DNA of 64,000 bases from a virus: positions 101,990-165,989 of IMG/VR virus record IMGVR_UViG_3300045988_048622, one strand, 5' to 3'. Positions 1 through 10,138 of this stretch are shown here, piece by piece (within the stretch, counting starts at the first letter, position 1; every line of letters starts with the position of its first letter). A program made the position numbers and the translations under genes. Under the pieces are notes generated by a model that was not told where the DNA came from, searched no databases, and was given only the letters and a program-made list of their open reading frames with translations.

Positions 1-181
1 ATGACTGTCACTACGCAAAGGAGACTTGAACAGTCCTTTCTTAACTGGAATACCCAGATAATAAGTCATGTAAGTCTCCTCATTGTTCTTAGATAGAAGA
101 AATTCCTTAGTAATTTTGGGTTCAAAAGTATAATCAAACATAGTCACTAAGGAATTTATGAATTACTCTACTAACAAATCA

Positions 182-877
182 TTATAGCAAGTTGTCAAGA
201 TCGAAGTCATTTCCTGGTGCAGCATCTACACCGGCAACATCTGCAATCGGGTCTTCTGACTTCATTTCGGTAGGCTTAGCTTTCAGATACTTCTGACGTT
301 CTCCCTCCTCATAGTCAGAGAAGAACAGCTTGTCACCAATATAGTTATCAGAGATGAACGACTCACCTTGTTTGTTAATACCTACGATACGAGGTATATC
401 AGCAACTACTTTACCATCACGGTTTCTACCAATCAACTTCAACTTAGTCTCTGTACCTTTAACTTTTTCAGTTATAGTAATCAGAGCCTTAGCTACATCA
501 TCGAAGCTCTTAAATTTAGAGCTAGCTGCTTGCATCTTTTCAAATCCTGCAGGATTGAGAACCTGTGCAGTCTGCTTAACTACAGCCATCAAAGTCTCGA
601 AGTTGGAAGGCATAATAACCTTTCCACCATTCTTACTATCAAACTCACGTCTCTCATCATCACCAGCTTTAGGGAAGAATTGAGTCACAGAGAAGTAACC
701 CTCTTCGTTCTCAAAGTTGATTGCTAGAACTTTATAATGAGCCGTTGGGTCCTTCTTCCCATCAAATTCCTTGATTTCGCAACCCATGAATTTTACATCA
801 TGGATATTCCAAGGGGTTAAAGGACGACGTGTGTTTCTTACTGCTGAGTCTGCTGATATACCAAAATTAAATGCCAT
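182..877 (-). CDS. hypothetical protein (possibly an ssDNA-binding/annealing-type early protein)
   Basis: 231-aa ORF at the head of the minus-strand replication block; no diagnostic motif recognised. Confidence 0.4.
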   Translation of the reverse strand: MAFNFGISADSAVRNTRRPLTPWNIHDVKFMGCEIKEFDGKKDPTAHYKVLAINFENEEGYFSVTQFFPKAGDDERREFDSKNGGKVIMPSNFETLMAVVKQTAQVLNPAGFEKMQAASSKFKSFDDVAKALITITEKVKGTETKLKLIGRNRDGKVVADIPRIVGINKQGESFISDNYIGDKLFFSDYEEGERQKYLKAKPTEMKSEDPIADVAGVDAAPGNDFDLDNLL

Positions 878-879
878 AA

Positions 880-1461
880 TTAATTCAAATTAAAATCAAA
901 TTTTTCTAAGTCTTTGTCATCTTCGTCTATGTTTATATTATCTAATGATTCTATATCGAGTTCATTCTCGATATCAATTATCTCATCAGGTACAGAGTTT
1001 TCTTCTTGTACCTTATCTCCTACTAGATAATAAATTCCTTTATCCTCTGTAGGCTCTAGTTTAAAGGTAGTACCATAAGCTGAGAGCTTTTCATTAGCTG
1101 CACCCCTATAACTTACAGTATTACTCTTCGTTAACTTGTTTCCACTTTTAGTTCCGAAAGCGGCATCAGTTCCAATAATAGGAACTGCTTTCTTATCCTT
1201 CTTCTTATACTTGATGTCTACTCGACAATCTGCACAAACCTGTAATAGGTCTACAGCTCCCTGAGTTAATATTAACTTGTTGGAATCAAGCGTAATAATA
1301 GGATCTGGATTAGCATCTACCTTGGCTGCAGAAGCCTTAGTAGATGTCTTGGTAGCACTTTTCGTTGCCTTAGTGTCAACAGAAATTTCTTCTTTCCCAA
1401 TATAGGTGATTTCACCAGTTTGTTCATTCACCTCGTAGTGAAACAGTATGTCTAACTTCAT
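880..1461 (-). CDS. hypothetical protein with acidic C-terminus
   Basis: 193-aa ORF with a D/E-rich tail; stop/start coupled to its neighbours. Confidence 0.4.
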   Translation of the reverse strand: MKLDILFHYEVNEQTGEITYIGKEEISVDTKATKSATKTSTKASAAKVDANPDPIITLDSNKLILTQGAVDLLQVCADCRVDIKYKKKDKKAVPIIGTDAAFGTKSGNKLTKSNTVSYRGAANEKLSAYGTTFKLEPTEDKGIYYLVGDKVQEENSVPDEIIDIENELDIESLDNINIDEDDKDLEKFDFNLN

Positions 1462-2156
1462 TACTCTCCTTCATTATAAGCGTCAATAACATGGATAATC
1501 TCATTCAAATCATTGTCAATCTCTAGGTCTTCAAACATACCAAAGGATGTCTTAGCCACACAAGTACCATCATTATTAGTGATTAACTTGTACTCCATTC
1601 TACCAGAATCTCCCTCACTTACCTTAGTGAAGAAAATATAAGTAAACAGACCTTCCAGTGTTACCTTTTCAGACAACAACTTTCCAACAGTTTTAATGAC
1701 AAACTTAGGATTTACATTGTCTCCAACATTCTCCGAGTGTGTCAAGAAGATCATCTTACAATCCTCTCTCATCTTTTCTGAATATCTCAGAATTTCCATA
1801 GCGTGTTGAGCTAGCTCACTAAATTTGGTATAACCAACTTCTGTTGCTCTATCAACGAACTCATAAGAGAGAACATATTGGAAGTCATCGATAATTACCT
1901 GTTTAATTTGAGGCATCATCTTGTCAATAATTTGAAGAATTTTCAGAATTTGATCCCATTTGGAACTAACGTAATAGTTACCACTTACGTTCTTTCCCTC
2001 TATTTTAATAGGGATATACTTCTTTTTCCATGCTCTAAAGGGGAGCGGTTTACCCGTAGTACTTATAATAAAAGTCTCTTCGGGATTAAGATTTCTTAAA
2101 CTTGTACTCTTTCCAGTACCTGATTCACCTACGATAGCAATTGTTTCAGCAGCCAT
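1461..2156 (-). CDS. P-loop ATPase (Sak4/RecA-like small ATPase)
   Basis: Walker A motif GESGTGKST near the N-terminus; about 230 aa, typical of phage Sak4-like recombination ATPases; stop/start overlap with flanking genes. Confidence 0.5.
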   Translation of the reverse strand: MAAETIAIVGESGTGKSTSLRNLNPEETFIISTTGKPLPFRAWKKKYIPIKIEGKNVSGNYYVSSKWDQILKILQIIDKMMPQIKQVIIDDFQYVLSYEFVDRATEVGYTKFSELAQHAMEILRYSEKMREDCKMIFLTHSENVGDNVNPKFVIKTVGKLLSEKVTLEGLFTYIFFTKVSEGDSGRMEYKLITNNDGTCVAKTSFGMFEDLEIDNDLNEIIHVIDAYNEGE

Positions 2157-3250
2157 TATTCTAATGCAAAATTAAAGTTTTCATTTGAATCATCTAATTC
2201 TGTAATAGCATCTAGCTCCTGTTCTACTATAGAACTACTATCTTCTAATATATAATTCGGATTTGTATACCTTTCATAATCATAAATTTCATCGGGCTTT
2301 GGAAGCTCGTGGAACATATTAATCCAGCCGAAGAAGTTCACTCCAACCTCAACATCACAATCACCATATCGGTTCTTAAGTACCATTATGCTTCTAAAAT
2401 AAGAATTTAGATGCTCGATATTATAATGTTTATAAGTTTTCAATCCATCCCTGTGCGGATTATACAGTGCAATCATGATATTACAATCCTGCACAGTATT
2501 ACCAGAGTCTTTAGCATCATGAATAGTAAACGCACTCTTTCCCTGCTTAAACCTTTCAATGTTTCCTTGCTCTCTATTAGCTTGTTGTATTACTACAGGA
2601 CTAACGCCACACTTATCTCTAAAGAAGAGAAGATAGCTAGAAAGTAAGTCTATGTCAGGTTTAGTACCAACTAGACCAATATGGTCTACTACAATATTAT
2701 AGATAAGATTAGGATTATTAGGCTTATATAGAAGTCTTGTCTCACTTTCAGAAAAAGTTCCCATTTCTTCTAACCTAGTTTTCAAGATAGCATACACCTT
2801 TTTTGGAGACACTTTCTTGTCATAGATTTCCAGCTTTTTACTAATCTTATCTACCCAGGGCATACATTGCTTAACTAGATCATAATGTTCCTCTGACAAA
2901 ATATATTCCTTTTCTCTTGAAAGAATCTTCTTAAAAGATAATTGTATTCCATACGTTTCGAAGATGTATATGGATAATAGCTTAATATATAAGGCTACTT
3001 CTCCCATCTCTAGACTAAAATATAATACCTTAAAATCATCATCATCAAGATGTTCCATTAGTGGTCTATAAACATAAGCATAAAGGGCAAATGAAGTTTT
3101 ACCTGCACCAGAGTTAGATAGAATCAGTGTGTAGGTTTCCCTAGTAACTCCATCAATAATACTCTCTAGTTTAGGAAGCTTCATAGATATACCATGATTT
3201 AACCCCAATCTACCTCTATCAATTTCATAAAGAAGTTTCTCAGAAATCAT
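2156..3250 (-). CDS. DnaB-like/RecA-fold replicative helicase
   Basis: Walker A motif LSNSGAGKTSFAL; 364 aa; sits with other replication genes. Confidence 0.5.
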   Translation of the reverse strand: MISEKLLYEIDRGRLGLNHGISMKLPKLESIIDGVTRETYTLILSNSGAGKTSFALYAYVYRPLMEHLDDDDFKVLYFSLEMGEVALYIKLLSIYIFETYGIQLSFKKILSREKEYILSEEHYDLVKQCMPWVDKISKKLEIYDKKVSPKKVYAILKTRLEEMGTFSESETRLLYKPNNPNLIYNIVVDHIGLVGTKPDIDLLSSYLLFFRDKCGVSPVVIQQANREQGNIERFKQGKSAFTIHDAKDSGNTVQDCNIMIALYNPHRDGLKTYKHYNIEHLNSYFRSIMVLKNRYGDCDVEVGVNFFGWINMFHELPKPDEIYDYERYTNPNYILEDSSSIVEQELDAITELDDSNENFNFALE

Positions 3251-3852
3251 AGTAATCTCATGGAATCATAATTAACTCCGCCTTCATCTTTTAGTGCTTC
3301 AAGTTCTTCCCACTTATGGTCTATTACAAAGTTAGCGATAGTGGTACATAGAATATTATGCTCTCTAGCCCACTTTACTAGCTCTATAATTTGATTATGA
3401 ATTTCTGGCTTCCATCTGATGGTCCTACCATAAAACCTATAGAAGTCTTCGATGGTATCAAATTTCTTAGACACGCTTCTAAGACCCACTTGTGAATTAT
3501 TAACTATCCCGAATTGAGGATAGGTATCCCATAATTCCTTACCTAGCTCAAATGAGCATTTGTAGAAATCTTTAACCACATTTTTGTTTAGTGGAATATC
3601 TAAGGGATTAAATACACTTCCTTTTTCAGGAATTTTATAGGATTTATGAATAATTCCAGCATTGCGAAGCCCAGTTAATAGTTCTATTGTAAAACCACGA
3701 GCACATACTCTAGAGGAGAAATACTCATGGACAATTTCTGGTTCGTCGCCTTCTTGGGCAATAAGAATAATTTCTAACAACAACAACTCGCTCGGATTTA
3801 TACTATATTTCTCACAAAACAGAAGCTGTTGTTTCAATTCAAGATTTCTCAC
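3247..3852 (-). CDS. hypothetical protein
   Basis: 201-aa ORF, translationally coupled to the helicase gene. Confidence 0.4.
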   Translation of the reverse strand: MRNLELKQQLLFCEKYSINPSELLLLEIILIAQEGDEPEIVHEYFSSRVCARGFTIELLTGLRNAGIIHKSYKIPEKGSVFNPLDIPLNKNVVKDFYKCSFELGKELWDTYPQFGIVNNSQVGLRSVSKKFDTIEDFYRFYGRTIRWKPEIHNQIIELVKWAREHNILCTTIANFVIDHKWEELEALKDEGGVNYDSMRLL

Positions 3853-4109
3853 GTGTACAAATTAATAGATTTTCTACTAATCTATACACTAAGTCTAGTT
3901 TACCTGTTAAGGTGTTAAAACTTAGTTACGTGATAAACTTTAGTCCTCAACTTTCTCGTTGGCGGTTTCAAGAAGTACTGCATAATCCTTCTTTAATTCC
4001 TTCAACTCAGATGTCAGTTTACTAACTTTAGCTTCTAGCGACTTACATTTCTTAGTAAGTGCAGATTTCATCTCATTATACTCTTTCTTAGTGTAATAAG
4101 TTTCCATAA

Positions 4110-5387
4110 TTAAAAACGATAAGTAAAATTTTGTATTTTTTTCTTATAAGGCTCATAGGGTTCTCCCCTTAGAACTTTCATAAGATTCTCTTCATCAATA
4201 GTTATATAATTCACTCCTTCATGTGACTTCTTGTACCATTCACACTCTACAGTGTTTTCAATAACAATTGTGAACATTTCAGCATACTTAGTAGGTTCTT
4301 CCTTACGTATTACCCTACCAGTTCTCTGCTTACTCTTTATAGGACTGGAATCTAGACCAAGAACAATACCAACAGATAAACCCTTACAGTCCAAACCCTC
4401 ATTAGCTAGCTGGACGCTATTAAGCACTCCAGAGCTAAGTGTGGAAAATTCCTCTATAGTTATTCTGTTTTTCTTTTTACTCTCTCTTCCAGTATAAACG
4501 TATCCTATACCTATGCTTTCAGCCATTTTCACATTAGCTGAAAAGGTAATGATTTTCTTATCGGACCTATACTTGATTATCTCCTTGGCTATTTCTAGCT
4601 TCTTAGCATGATTGTATATGAACTTTTTCCTACTCTGCAAAGCTCTCATAAATGCCGTAGCATGAAAAGTAATTTCCTTGAAAACTTCTTTCCTATCCAG
4701 CTTGCTGTTTCGGTTACATAGTTCGTCCCTATACTTAGCCCTATTGACAAATCCGTTTGGACCTAACATACTCATAACTAAGTCAAAATCAAAGTTAAAA
4801 TATTCAAAATGTTGAACAAACTCCTTGTTATATTTTCTATACAAGTCTATGTCATCTACCGTTATTATAACTTGATATTCTGAAAAGTTTGATACCCAAC
4901 CATTGGCTTTGGCTACTTCTATAGAAATATTATCAATCTCTGGACAGTATTTTTCTATGATACTGTGCTTTCCATCGAGTCTCTCTATAGTAGCAGTTAA
5001 GCCAAGAATAAGTTTATATTTTACCTTAGTAAATACAGAAGAGAAAGTATCAGCAGGACATCTGTGAATTTCATCCAGAATTAGAAGGTCACAATCATAC
5101 CCGTTCTTTGCCATGGAATTAATAATTCCAACTTCGACATTCAATCCATATCCCAAACTGTCTAGGATTCCAGACCATTGTTCTTGCAAAGTAGAATTTG
5201 GAACGACTACTAATACCTTGATAGAAGGATACTTAGAAATAAGTTTTCCTATAATAATAGTAGCAACCCTAGTCTTTCCATACCCAGTACAAGCAACTAT
5301 TGTACCTCTTCCTTTGGACTTAATCCACTTTTTGACGGACTCCTCCTGCCGCTCATCACGAGTGATAGGAGTAAAAAGGTCCTTCAT
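4110..5387 (-). CDS. SF2 DEAD/DEAH-box DNA helicase
   Basis: Motif I CTGYGKT, motif II LILDEIHRC, and C-terminal helicase-domain motifs (QRTGRVIR). Confidence 0.75.
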   Translation of the reverse strand: MKDLFTPITRDERQEESVKKWIKSKGRGTIVACTGYGKTRVATIIIGKLISKYPSIKVLVVVPNSTLQEQWSGILDSLGYGLNVEVGIINSMAKNGYDCDLLILDEIHRCPADTFSSVFTKVKYKLILGLTATIERLDGKHSIIEKYCPEIDNISIEVAKANGWVSNFSEYQVIITVDDIDLYRKYNKEFVQHFEYFNFDFDLVMSMLGPNGFVNRAKYRDELCNRNSKLDRKEVFKEITFHATAFMRALQSRKKFIYNHAKKLEIAKEIIKYRSDKKIITFSANVKMAESIGIGYVYTGRESKKKNRITIEEFSTLSSGVLNSVQLANEGLDCKGLSVGIVLGLDSSPIKSKQRTGRVIRKEEPTKYAEMFTIVIENTVECEWYKKSHEGVNYITIDEENLMKVLRGEPYEPYKKKIQNFTYRF

Positions 5388-6250
5388 TAGTCTATATTTC
5401 TAGTGATGTCCCAACCTTTAAGTTCGGCAACTTTCTTAATTTCTTCCATTTTGTCCTTCCATTGTTTGGCTTGACTTTCACATTGATTCTGGAAGCGATA
5501 AAGAACCTTGCTCGACAACAGTCTCAACTGATCACTAGTTAAGTTAGCATATTTATCTCGTTTCAATCTACACATAGATCTAAACTCAGCATAACTTAAT
5601 CCAGTATCACAGATTTTCAGAGCTATAGAAGGATTCAAACGAAGTTCCTTACTTACTACTAACAGTCTGTTAACAGCTTTACCTGTCACTGGGTCTTTAC
5701 GATACAAGTCTTTCTGCATTTCTTGCTGTGTAAACCACAGTCCCATTTTTACAATGAAGTTAAGCGTCAAATGAGAGTTGTCAAACAATCCCAAGGAATC
5801 TAAACAAGCATCCATAACTAAACTTACTGGTACTTCTCTAAACTCCACAGGGATTCCATTAAGAATCTCTCCAATTGGATAGACCTTAATAGCCTCATTA
5901 GTTAACACTTCCTTATTGTTTTTGATAACAGCTTTCAAGTCTTCCAAACAACGTGTGTTTGTGTATTGCTTTTCAGCTCTAAGCCATCTAATAAGAAGCT
6001 CTGCACGACATCTTTGTATTTGGTCGGACACAATTCCGAGTAATGTTACACGACCCGGATTCTTGGTATCAGAGTTGTACAACATTTGTTCACAATGATT
6101 GTAGAATCGTCTCAGCTGGTCATAACCTGCGTCTACCAATTTAATTTCCTCCTGGACCCCATTTACCTTAGGTCCTTTCCATACATAGCTATTAACGTCG
6201 TTTGCTTTATCGCTCAAAGCCTCTCTCAGCTTATCTCCTAATACAGTCAT
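5387..6250 (-). CDS. hypothetical protein
   Basis: 287-aa ORF coupled to the helicase gene. Confidence 0.4.
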   Translation of the reverse strand: MTVLGDKLREALSDKANDVNSYVWKGPKVNGVQEEIKLVDAGYDQLRRFYNHCEQMLYNSDTKNPGRVTLLGIVSDQIQRCRAELLIRWLRAEKQYTNTRCLEDLKAVIKNNKEVLTNEAIKVYPIGEILNGIPVEFREVPVSLVMDACLDSLGLFDNSHLTLNFIVKMGLWFTQQEMQKDLYRKDPVTGKAVNRLLVVSKELRLNPSIALKICDTGLSYAEFRSMCRLKRDKYANLTSDQLRLLSSKVLYRFQNQCESQAKQWKDKMEEIKKVAELKGWDITRNID

Positions 6251-6294
6251 AAATTATTCTTTAAAAATACTTCATAGTTCATCTAATTTTAATG

Positions 6295-6618
6295 TTAATC
6301 TAATAATATTTGTCCACATTCTAGAGACGGTTTTTCATGAATAAATTTCAGGAAAATTATATTCGTCTCCTTATATGGAACGAAATCTGTACCATCGTAC
6401 CATTTATCGATGCCTTCTTCTACATATCTTAGAGATACATATCCAACATCACCTAATTTCATAGAACACTGGTTCCAATTCGGAAATCGAACACACATTA
6501 TGTCTTTGTAATCTAGATTATCATATTCTAGACGTTCAAAGACATAATTTGCATAACCCATTCCGTCCTCACATTCAGCTACAAACTTAACATGGTAAGT
6601 TACTTCTTTGGTTTCCAC
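6295..6618 (-). CDS. hypothetical protein
   Basis: 107-aa ORF. Confidence 0.35.
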   Translation of the reverse strand: METKEVTYHVKFVAECEDGMGYANYVFERLEYDNLDYKDIMCVRFPNWNQCSMKLGDVGYVSLRYVEEGIDKWYDGTDFVPYKETNIIFLKFIHEKPSLECGQILLD

Positions 6619-6809
6619 ACCTCAAAGGTATTAATATCCTCGAACTTCCTGCAACCATAAGAGGCAAAGTCCCCTTGTAGTTTGTCCATATTTGGCAAAC
6701 AGGGATAGTTCTTACACCTAGTACAGCTACGTTCAGGATGTTTATAGTGAAAACCATCTTTGTCCTTAAACATTACTTCAGTAATAGGCATAATAATATT
6801 AATACACAT
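6600..6809 (-). CDS. small zinc-ribbon protein
   Basis: CTRC...YPC cysteine pairs; 69 aa. Confidence 0.35.
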   Translation of the reverse strand: MCINIIMPITEVMFKDKDGFHYKHPERSCTRCKNYPCLPNMDKLQGDFASYGCRKFEDINTFEVWKPKK

Positions 6810-7147
6810 GAGCCAGCAGCTCCATATTTGATTACGTTCTGCTTCTTCTTTAAAGACTTATTAAGACCTTCAATTGATCTATTTTTATCTTCAATTATGT
6901 TTCCATAATACAGTAACTGGACTCTGCGAACAGAATCCGTTTTCTCCCAACTTTTGTTTATAAGTTCTAAATTAGTTATTTGACTCTTCAATAAAGGAAC
7001 AGTTTCGGACAATTTCTGATGTTCAGCAAATATCAGATTAGTTGTCTTTAACTGTTCGCCGGTTATTGTAACGGTCGATGTATTCTGAGAAAAAGCACAA
7101 ATTGATGCTATCAGAACTAGACATAATAGTAGACACTTTCTCATCAT
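6773..7147 (-). CDS. secreted/membrane protein
   Basis: N-terminal signal peptide (LLLCLVLIASICAFSQN) and a C-terminal hydrophobic segment. Confidence 0.4.
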   Translation of the reverse strand: MMRKCLLLCLVLIASICAFSQNTSTVTITGEQLKTTNLIFAEHQKLSETVPLLKSQITNLELINKSWEKTDSVRRVQLLYYGNIIEDKNRSIEGLNKSLKKKQNVIKYGAAGSCVLILLCLLLK

Positions 7148-7343
7148 ACTCCTTGTCTATATATTTAATTTTCTCAACAATGGAATCATTAACTATATAA
7201 ATGCTATCTCTAATGATAGAATCCCTCACAATCTCTTGCACATTAGGAGTGCTAGGATTACTATCTCTCTTAGGGATAGACAAATATATAATTATTAATC
7301 CCATTATGACAATTAAAATATAGCAAAACTTAGTCTTGTTCAT
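7038..7343 (-). CDS. small membrane protein
   Basis: N-terminal transmembrane helix; 101 aa. Confidence 0.3.
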   Translation of the reverse strand: MNKTKFCYILIVIMGLIIIYLSIPKRDSNPSTPNVQEIVRDSIIRDSIYIVNDSIVEKIKYIDKEYDEKVSTIMSSSDSINLCFFSEYIDRYNNRRTVKDN

Positions 7344-7920
7344 TTATCTCAACACCTGCAGCCTTAGCCTCCTCTACGAGCTTAACGCATCCGACTACAT
7401 CTACACCTTCCTTCATTGCCAGTTTCACAACAAGTTTCTCATTGTCAGAGAGACCTTCCACTTTAGCTTTTAGAGCTTGCTTTTTGTCAAAACGAGCTTT
7501 CATCTGATTGTAACCCTTGATAATTCTCTCTGGATTCTCTTTAAGGAAATTAACCTCCTGCTTCAAGAAAGCCTTTACCAAGGTCTTACTAGCTACTCCT
7601 CTATCTCTAGTATAGATAGTAGGACATTTAGGGTCGTGCAAAGCTTTATTGTAGGCATTGGCTTTACCTCTCTCCTTGTCAAACGTATCAGTCGGGTGAC
7701 ATACACTGATACCAACAGATACGACTCTGCAAACCTCTGCGTAATCTGGATCGTCCACACAGACAAATTCGTCCATTTCGTTTACCCAACCTACCGCAAG
7801 TTTGCAACCATCCTCACTCTCTTCTGGAGATTGGCTTAAAGCACACGCTACAATCTTGTGTTCCTCACCCTTAAAGTCTACAAACGAGTCAATCAAATAC
7901 TCAGCTACATCCTGTTTCAT
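7330..7920 (-). CDS. hypothetical protein
   Basis: 196-aa ORF. Confidence 0.4.
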   Translation of the reverse strand: MKQDVAEYLIDSFVDFKGEEHKIVACALSQSPEESEDGCKLAVGWVNEMDEFVCVDDPDYAEVCRVVSVGISVCHPTDTFDKERGKANAYNKALHDPKCPTIYTRDRGVASKTLVKAFLKQEVNFLKENPERIIKGYNQMKARFDKKQALKAKVEGLSDNEKLVVKLAMKEGVDVVGCVKLVEEAKAAGVEINEQD

Positions 7921-8188
7921 TTTCTACAATTTTAAAACCGTTATTAATTAAATATTCTTCTGGAGCAAACTGTAATTCGAAAAACCTATGCAGTGAATAG
8001 TTCTTTCTCTTTACAGAAATTAAATTTTTCTTTTTAAGTGTGATAGGTTTATCAGAAGAATAATACTTCTCTTCCATGAGGGCTGCTCCCCATCCCCACA
8101 TTTGATAAACCGAACTACAGTAGATAAACTTATCATGTGTATATACAATCTGTTTATCCTTCTCGTAAGTCTTCCGTAAGGTCGTCAT
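7901..8188 (-). CDS. hypothetical protein
   Basis: 95-aa ORF. Confidence 0.3.
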   Translation of the reverse strand: MTTLRKTYEKDKQIVYTHDKFIYCSSVYQMWGWGAALMEEKYYSSDKPITLKKKNLISVKRKNYSLHRFFELQFAPEEYLINNGFKIVENETGCS

Positions 8189-8627
8189 AAAATACTTGAA
8201 TAGTTCTAAAGATAAACTTATTCTTTGCTGAATTATAACATTCGTTCCAGCTACGATTTTTGTAGTGGTCTAGAATTTCGGAAGCTCTTACATTATAATA
8301 TATATTTCTGCAAAAGCTTTCGTCCTCATCACATTCAGCAGAATTTATTGTATAATTTCCGATGCCAATAGCGTAATGATAATGGCTTCCAGAAATTTCA
8401 CTAAATCTATCTTCTAACTCATAATCTTCGTATATTATTACTCTAAACTTGAATTTGTCCTTACTAAGAAGTTTTGCCAGGCAATATGCTACATAGCAGC
8501 ACCCTCCGGCATTAATATCGTACTCTTCATCTAGAAACCTACAAAGTTTATTCAGCCTCTCCGCTAGAATTTCTTGTACTTCCGTAGATTTGGAGTTCAA
8601 TCTCCTCCTTTGCTTTTTTAAACTCAT
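8154..8627 (-). CDS. hypothetical Cys-rich protein
   Basis: 157-aa ORF with a GGCCYVAYC cysteine cluster. Confidence 0.35.
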   Translation of the reverse strand: MSLKKQRRRLNSKSTEVQEILAERLNKLCRFLDEEYDINAGGCCYVAYCLAKLLSKDKFKFRVIIYEDYELEDRFSEISGSHYHYAIGIGNYTINSAECDEDESFCRNIYYNVRASEILDHYKNRSWNECYNSAKNKFIFRTIQVFYDDLTEDLREG

Positions 8628-8850
8628 CCAAGTACTTACCTAAAGTTACAACTTCATCTTTTCCGAATTTTCTTCTAACTGCATAGTGGATACATCTCTC
8701 CACTGCAGACTCTAGCAGGAATCCATATCCTACTACCTTGAACTCTTTTCTCGGATTTTTACCACCAATATCGCATAACAACTCCAAGTCGAAACGAGGA
8801 GATGAATCGTTAATTGGAGTTAACCTGTAAAATGGGCCTTCAATTACCAT
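8548..8850 (-). CDS. hypothetical protein
   Basis: 100-aa ORF. Confidence 0.3.
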   Translation of the reverse strand: MVIEGPFYRLTPINDSSPRFDLELLCDIGGKNPRKEFKVVGYGFLLESAVERCIHYAVRRKFGKDEVVTLGKYLDEFKKAKEEIELQIYGSTRNSSGEAE

Positions 8851-8865
8851 CTCTTTTTTGAATTA

Positions 8866-9678
8866 CTATCCACATACATCTATCACTGTTAAATTATTAT
8901 TACTAGGCTTATATCCGTAATCACAATACGAATTAGTTATTATAACACGGTCGAAATTGTTACATAGGTTTACCAAGCCTTTAATATTTACAGCATGACA
9001 AACCATAATCTCGTACTTAACATCAGGATATCTTTCTTTAAGAACTTTAAGTTCTCCAAGGAATGTTCCTCCAGCATCGCACAAATCATCAATAAAAGTA
9101 AAGGTCGGATAATAACAATTAACCTCTCTTCCAATGGAAAACTCCCTAATTTTACCAGTTTCCAAATCTCTCACCTTATTGAACACAATATGTCCCCAAT
9201 TATTAGAGAGAATTTTGTACCTTTGGTAAGCCCCAGCATCTGGGAATACGATATTAGATTGAATATCCAGATGCGATTCAAAGTTAAACTTTTGAGGATA
9301 ACATCTAGTTCCTAACAATCCCTTAGTTCTTTCCGAATGGGGTTCCAAAATCATAACATAACGATAGTTCATAGTATTCAAGATACTACAGACCACCTTT
9401 AGAGAAAATGGGCGGTTAAAGCTCATCACTCTATCCATACGCATGGACATTAGATAGGTAATAAACAAATCCCACTCAATCTCTTGTCTATCAAGAATGT
9501 CTCCGACTTGAGTTAGAATAAATAATTCTTCAGCAGAAGTAATTCTACATATAACCTTTACTGAATCTTTCCTATCAAATTCGTCCGGAAAACTTATCTG
9601 AGGTTCTCCGTCAGGAAATCTAGTGAGGTTATACTTAATCTCACTCTTGTCCAAGTTAATTAAGTTTAATAATTTCAT
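8866..9678 (-). CDS. PRPP-synthetase-family pyrophosphokinase (Adps-like ADP-ribose pyrophosphokinase candidate)
   Basis: Prs-like N-terminal FPDGE motif (Prs: FSDGE) and PRPP-loop motif DDLCDAGGT (Prs: DDMIDTGGT); adjacent to a NAMPT homolog. Confidence 0.6.
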   Translation of the reverse strand: MKLLNLINLDKSEIKYNLTRFPDGEPQISFPDEFDRKDSVKVICRITSAEELFILTQVGDILDRQEIEWDLFITYLMSMRMDRVMSFNRPFSLKVVCSILNTMNYRYVMILEPHSERTKGLLGTRCYPQKFNFESHLDIQSNIVFPDAGAYQRYKILSNNWGHIVFNKVRDLETGKIREFSIGREVNCYYPTFTFIDDLCDAGGTFLGELKVLKERYPDVKYEIMVCHAVNIKGLVNLCNNFDRVIITNSYCDYGYKPSNNNLTVIDVCG

Positions 9679-10138
9679 CTACAACATATTTTAAAATTTC
9701 GTAACTTTCTTCCAAGCCCGCTCTATCATCCAATAGGATATTATAATAAGGCTTATAAGATTTAGGTAATACAGAGCTTTGATTTATCTGTAGCTCTCCA
9801 TCTGGAGCTAATCCAAGCATATCATAGACTATGGTAGACTTTCTATGTGATTCACTAATATCTTCATCACAAGTAAATAATACCAGTTCAAATCCTAGTC
9901 TAGCACATCTTTTTAGCAGCTCAATAACACAACTATAGTCTCCTCCATTATTATGGTAGTCAAAAATAGTGTTATCATAATCGAAAGCGACTATTAGCTT
10001 TCCATATTTCTTGTACTCTTCTAATAGTCGCTTCTTGCAAGCCTCTTTTCCAAATGGATGGTTAAAACTTTCCATAAAGCCCTTCATTAATCCGCTGTCT
10101 AATTTCTTTAAGAGTGTACTCCTTTTTAAGGACGCCAT
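9656..10138 (-). CDS. HAD-superfamily phosphatase
   Basis: HAD motif I FDYDNT (DxDxT) and motif IV-like LLDDRAG; sits between the Prs-like and NAMPT-like genes. Confidence 0.5.
   Translation of the reverse strand: MASLKRSTLLKKLDSGLMKGFMESFNHPFGKEACKKRLLEEYKKYGKLIVAFDYDNTIFDYHNNGGDYSCVIELLKRCARLGFELVLFTCDEDISESHRKSTIVYDMLGLAPDGELQINQSSVLPKSYKPYYNILLDDRAGLEESYEILKYVVDEIIKLN

Noticed and set aside
354-727. Plus-strand ORFs 354..683 and 368..727 and similar antisense ORFs (1878..2099, 2411..2647, 3662..3865, 4231..4497, 5113..5403, 5916..6098, 7477..7839, 8995..9315, 14471..14995, 20798..21184, 21720..21938, 22327..22680 and others).
   Set aside because: They lie entirely inside longer, motif-bearing minus-strand genes; they have low-complexity composition, no start context and no motifs, so they are shadow ORFs.
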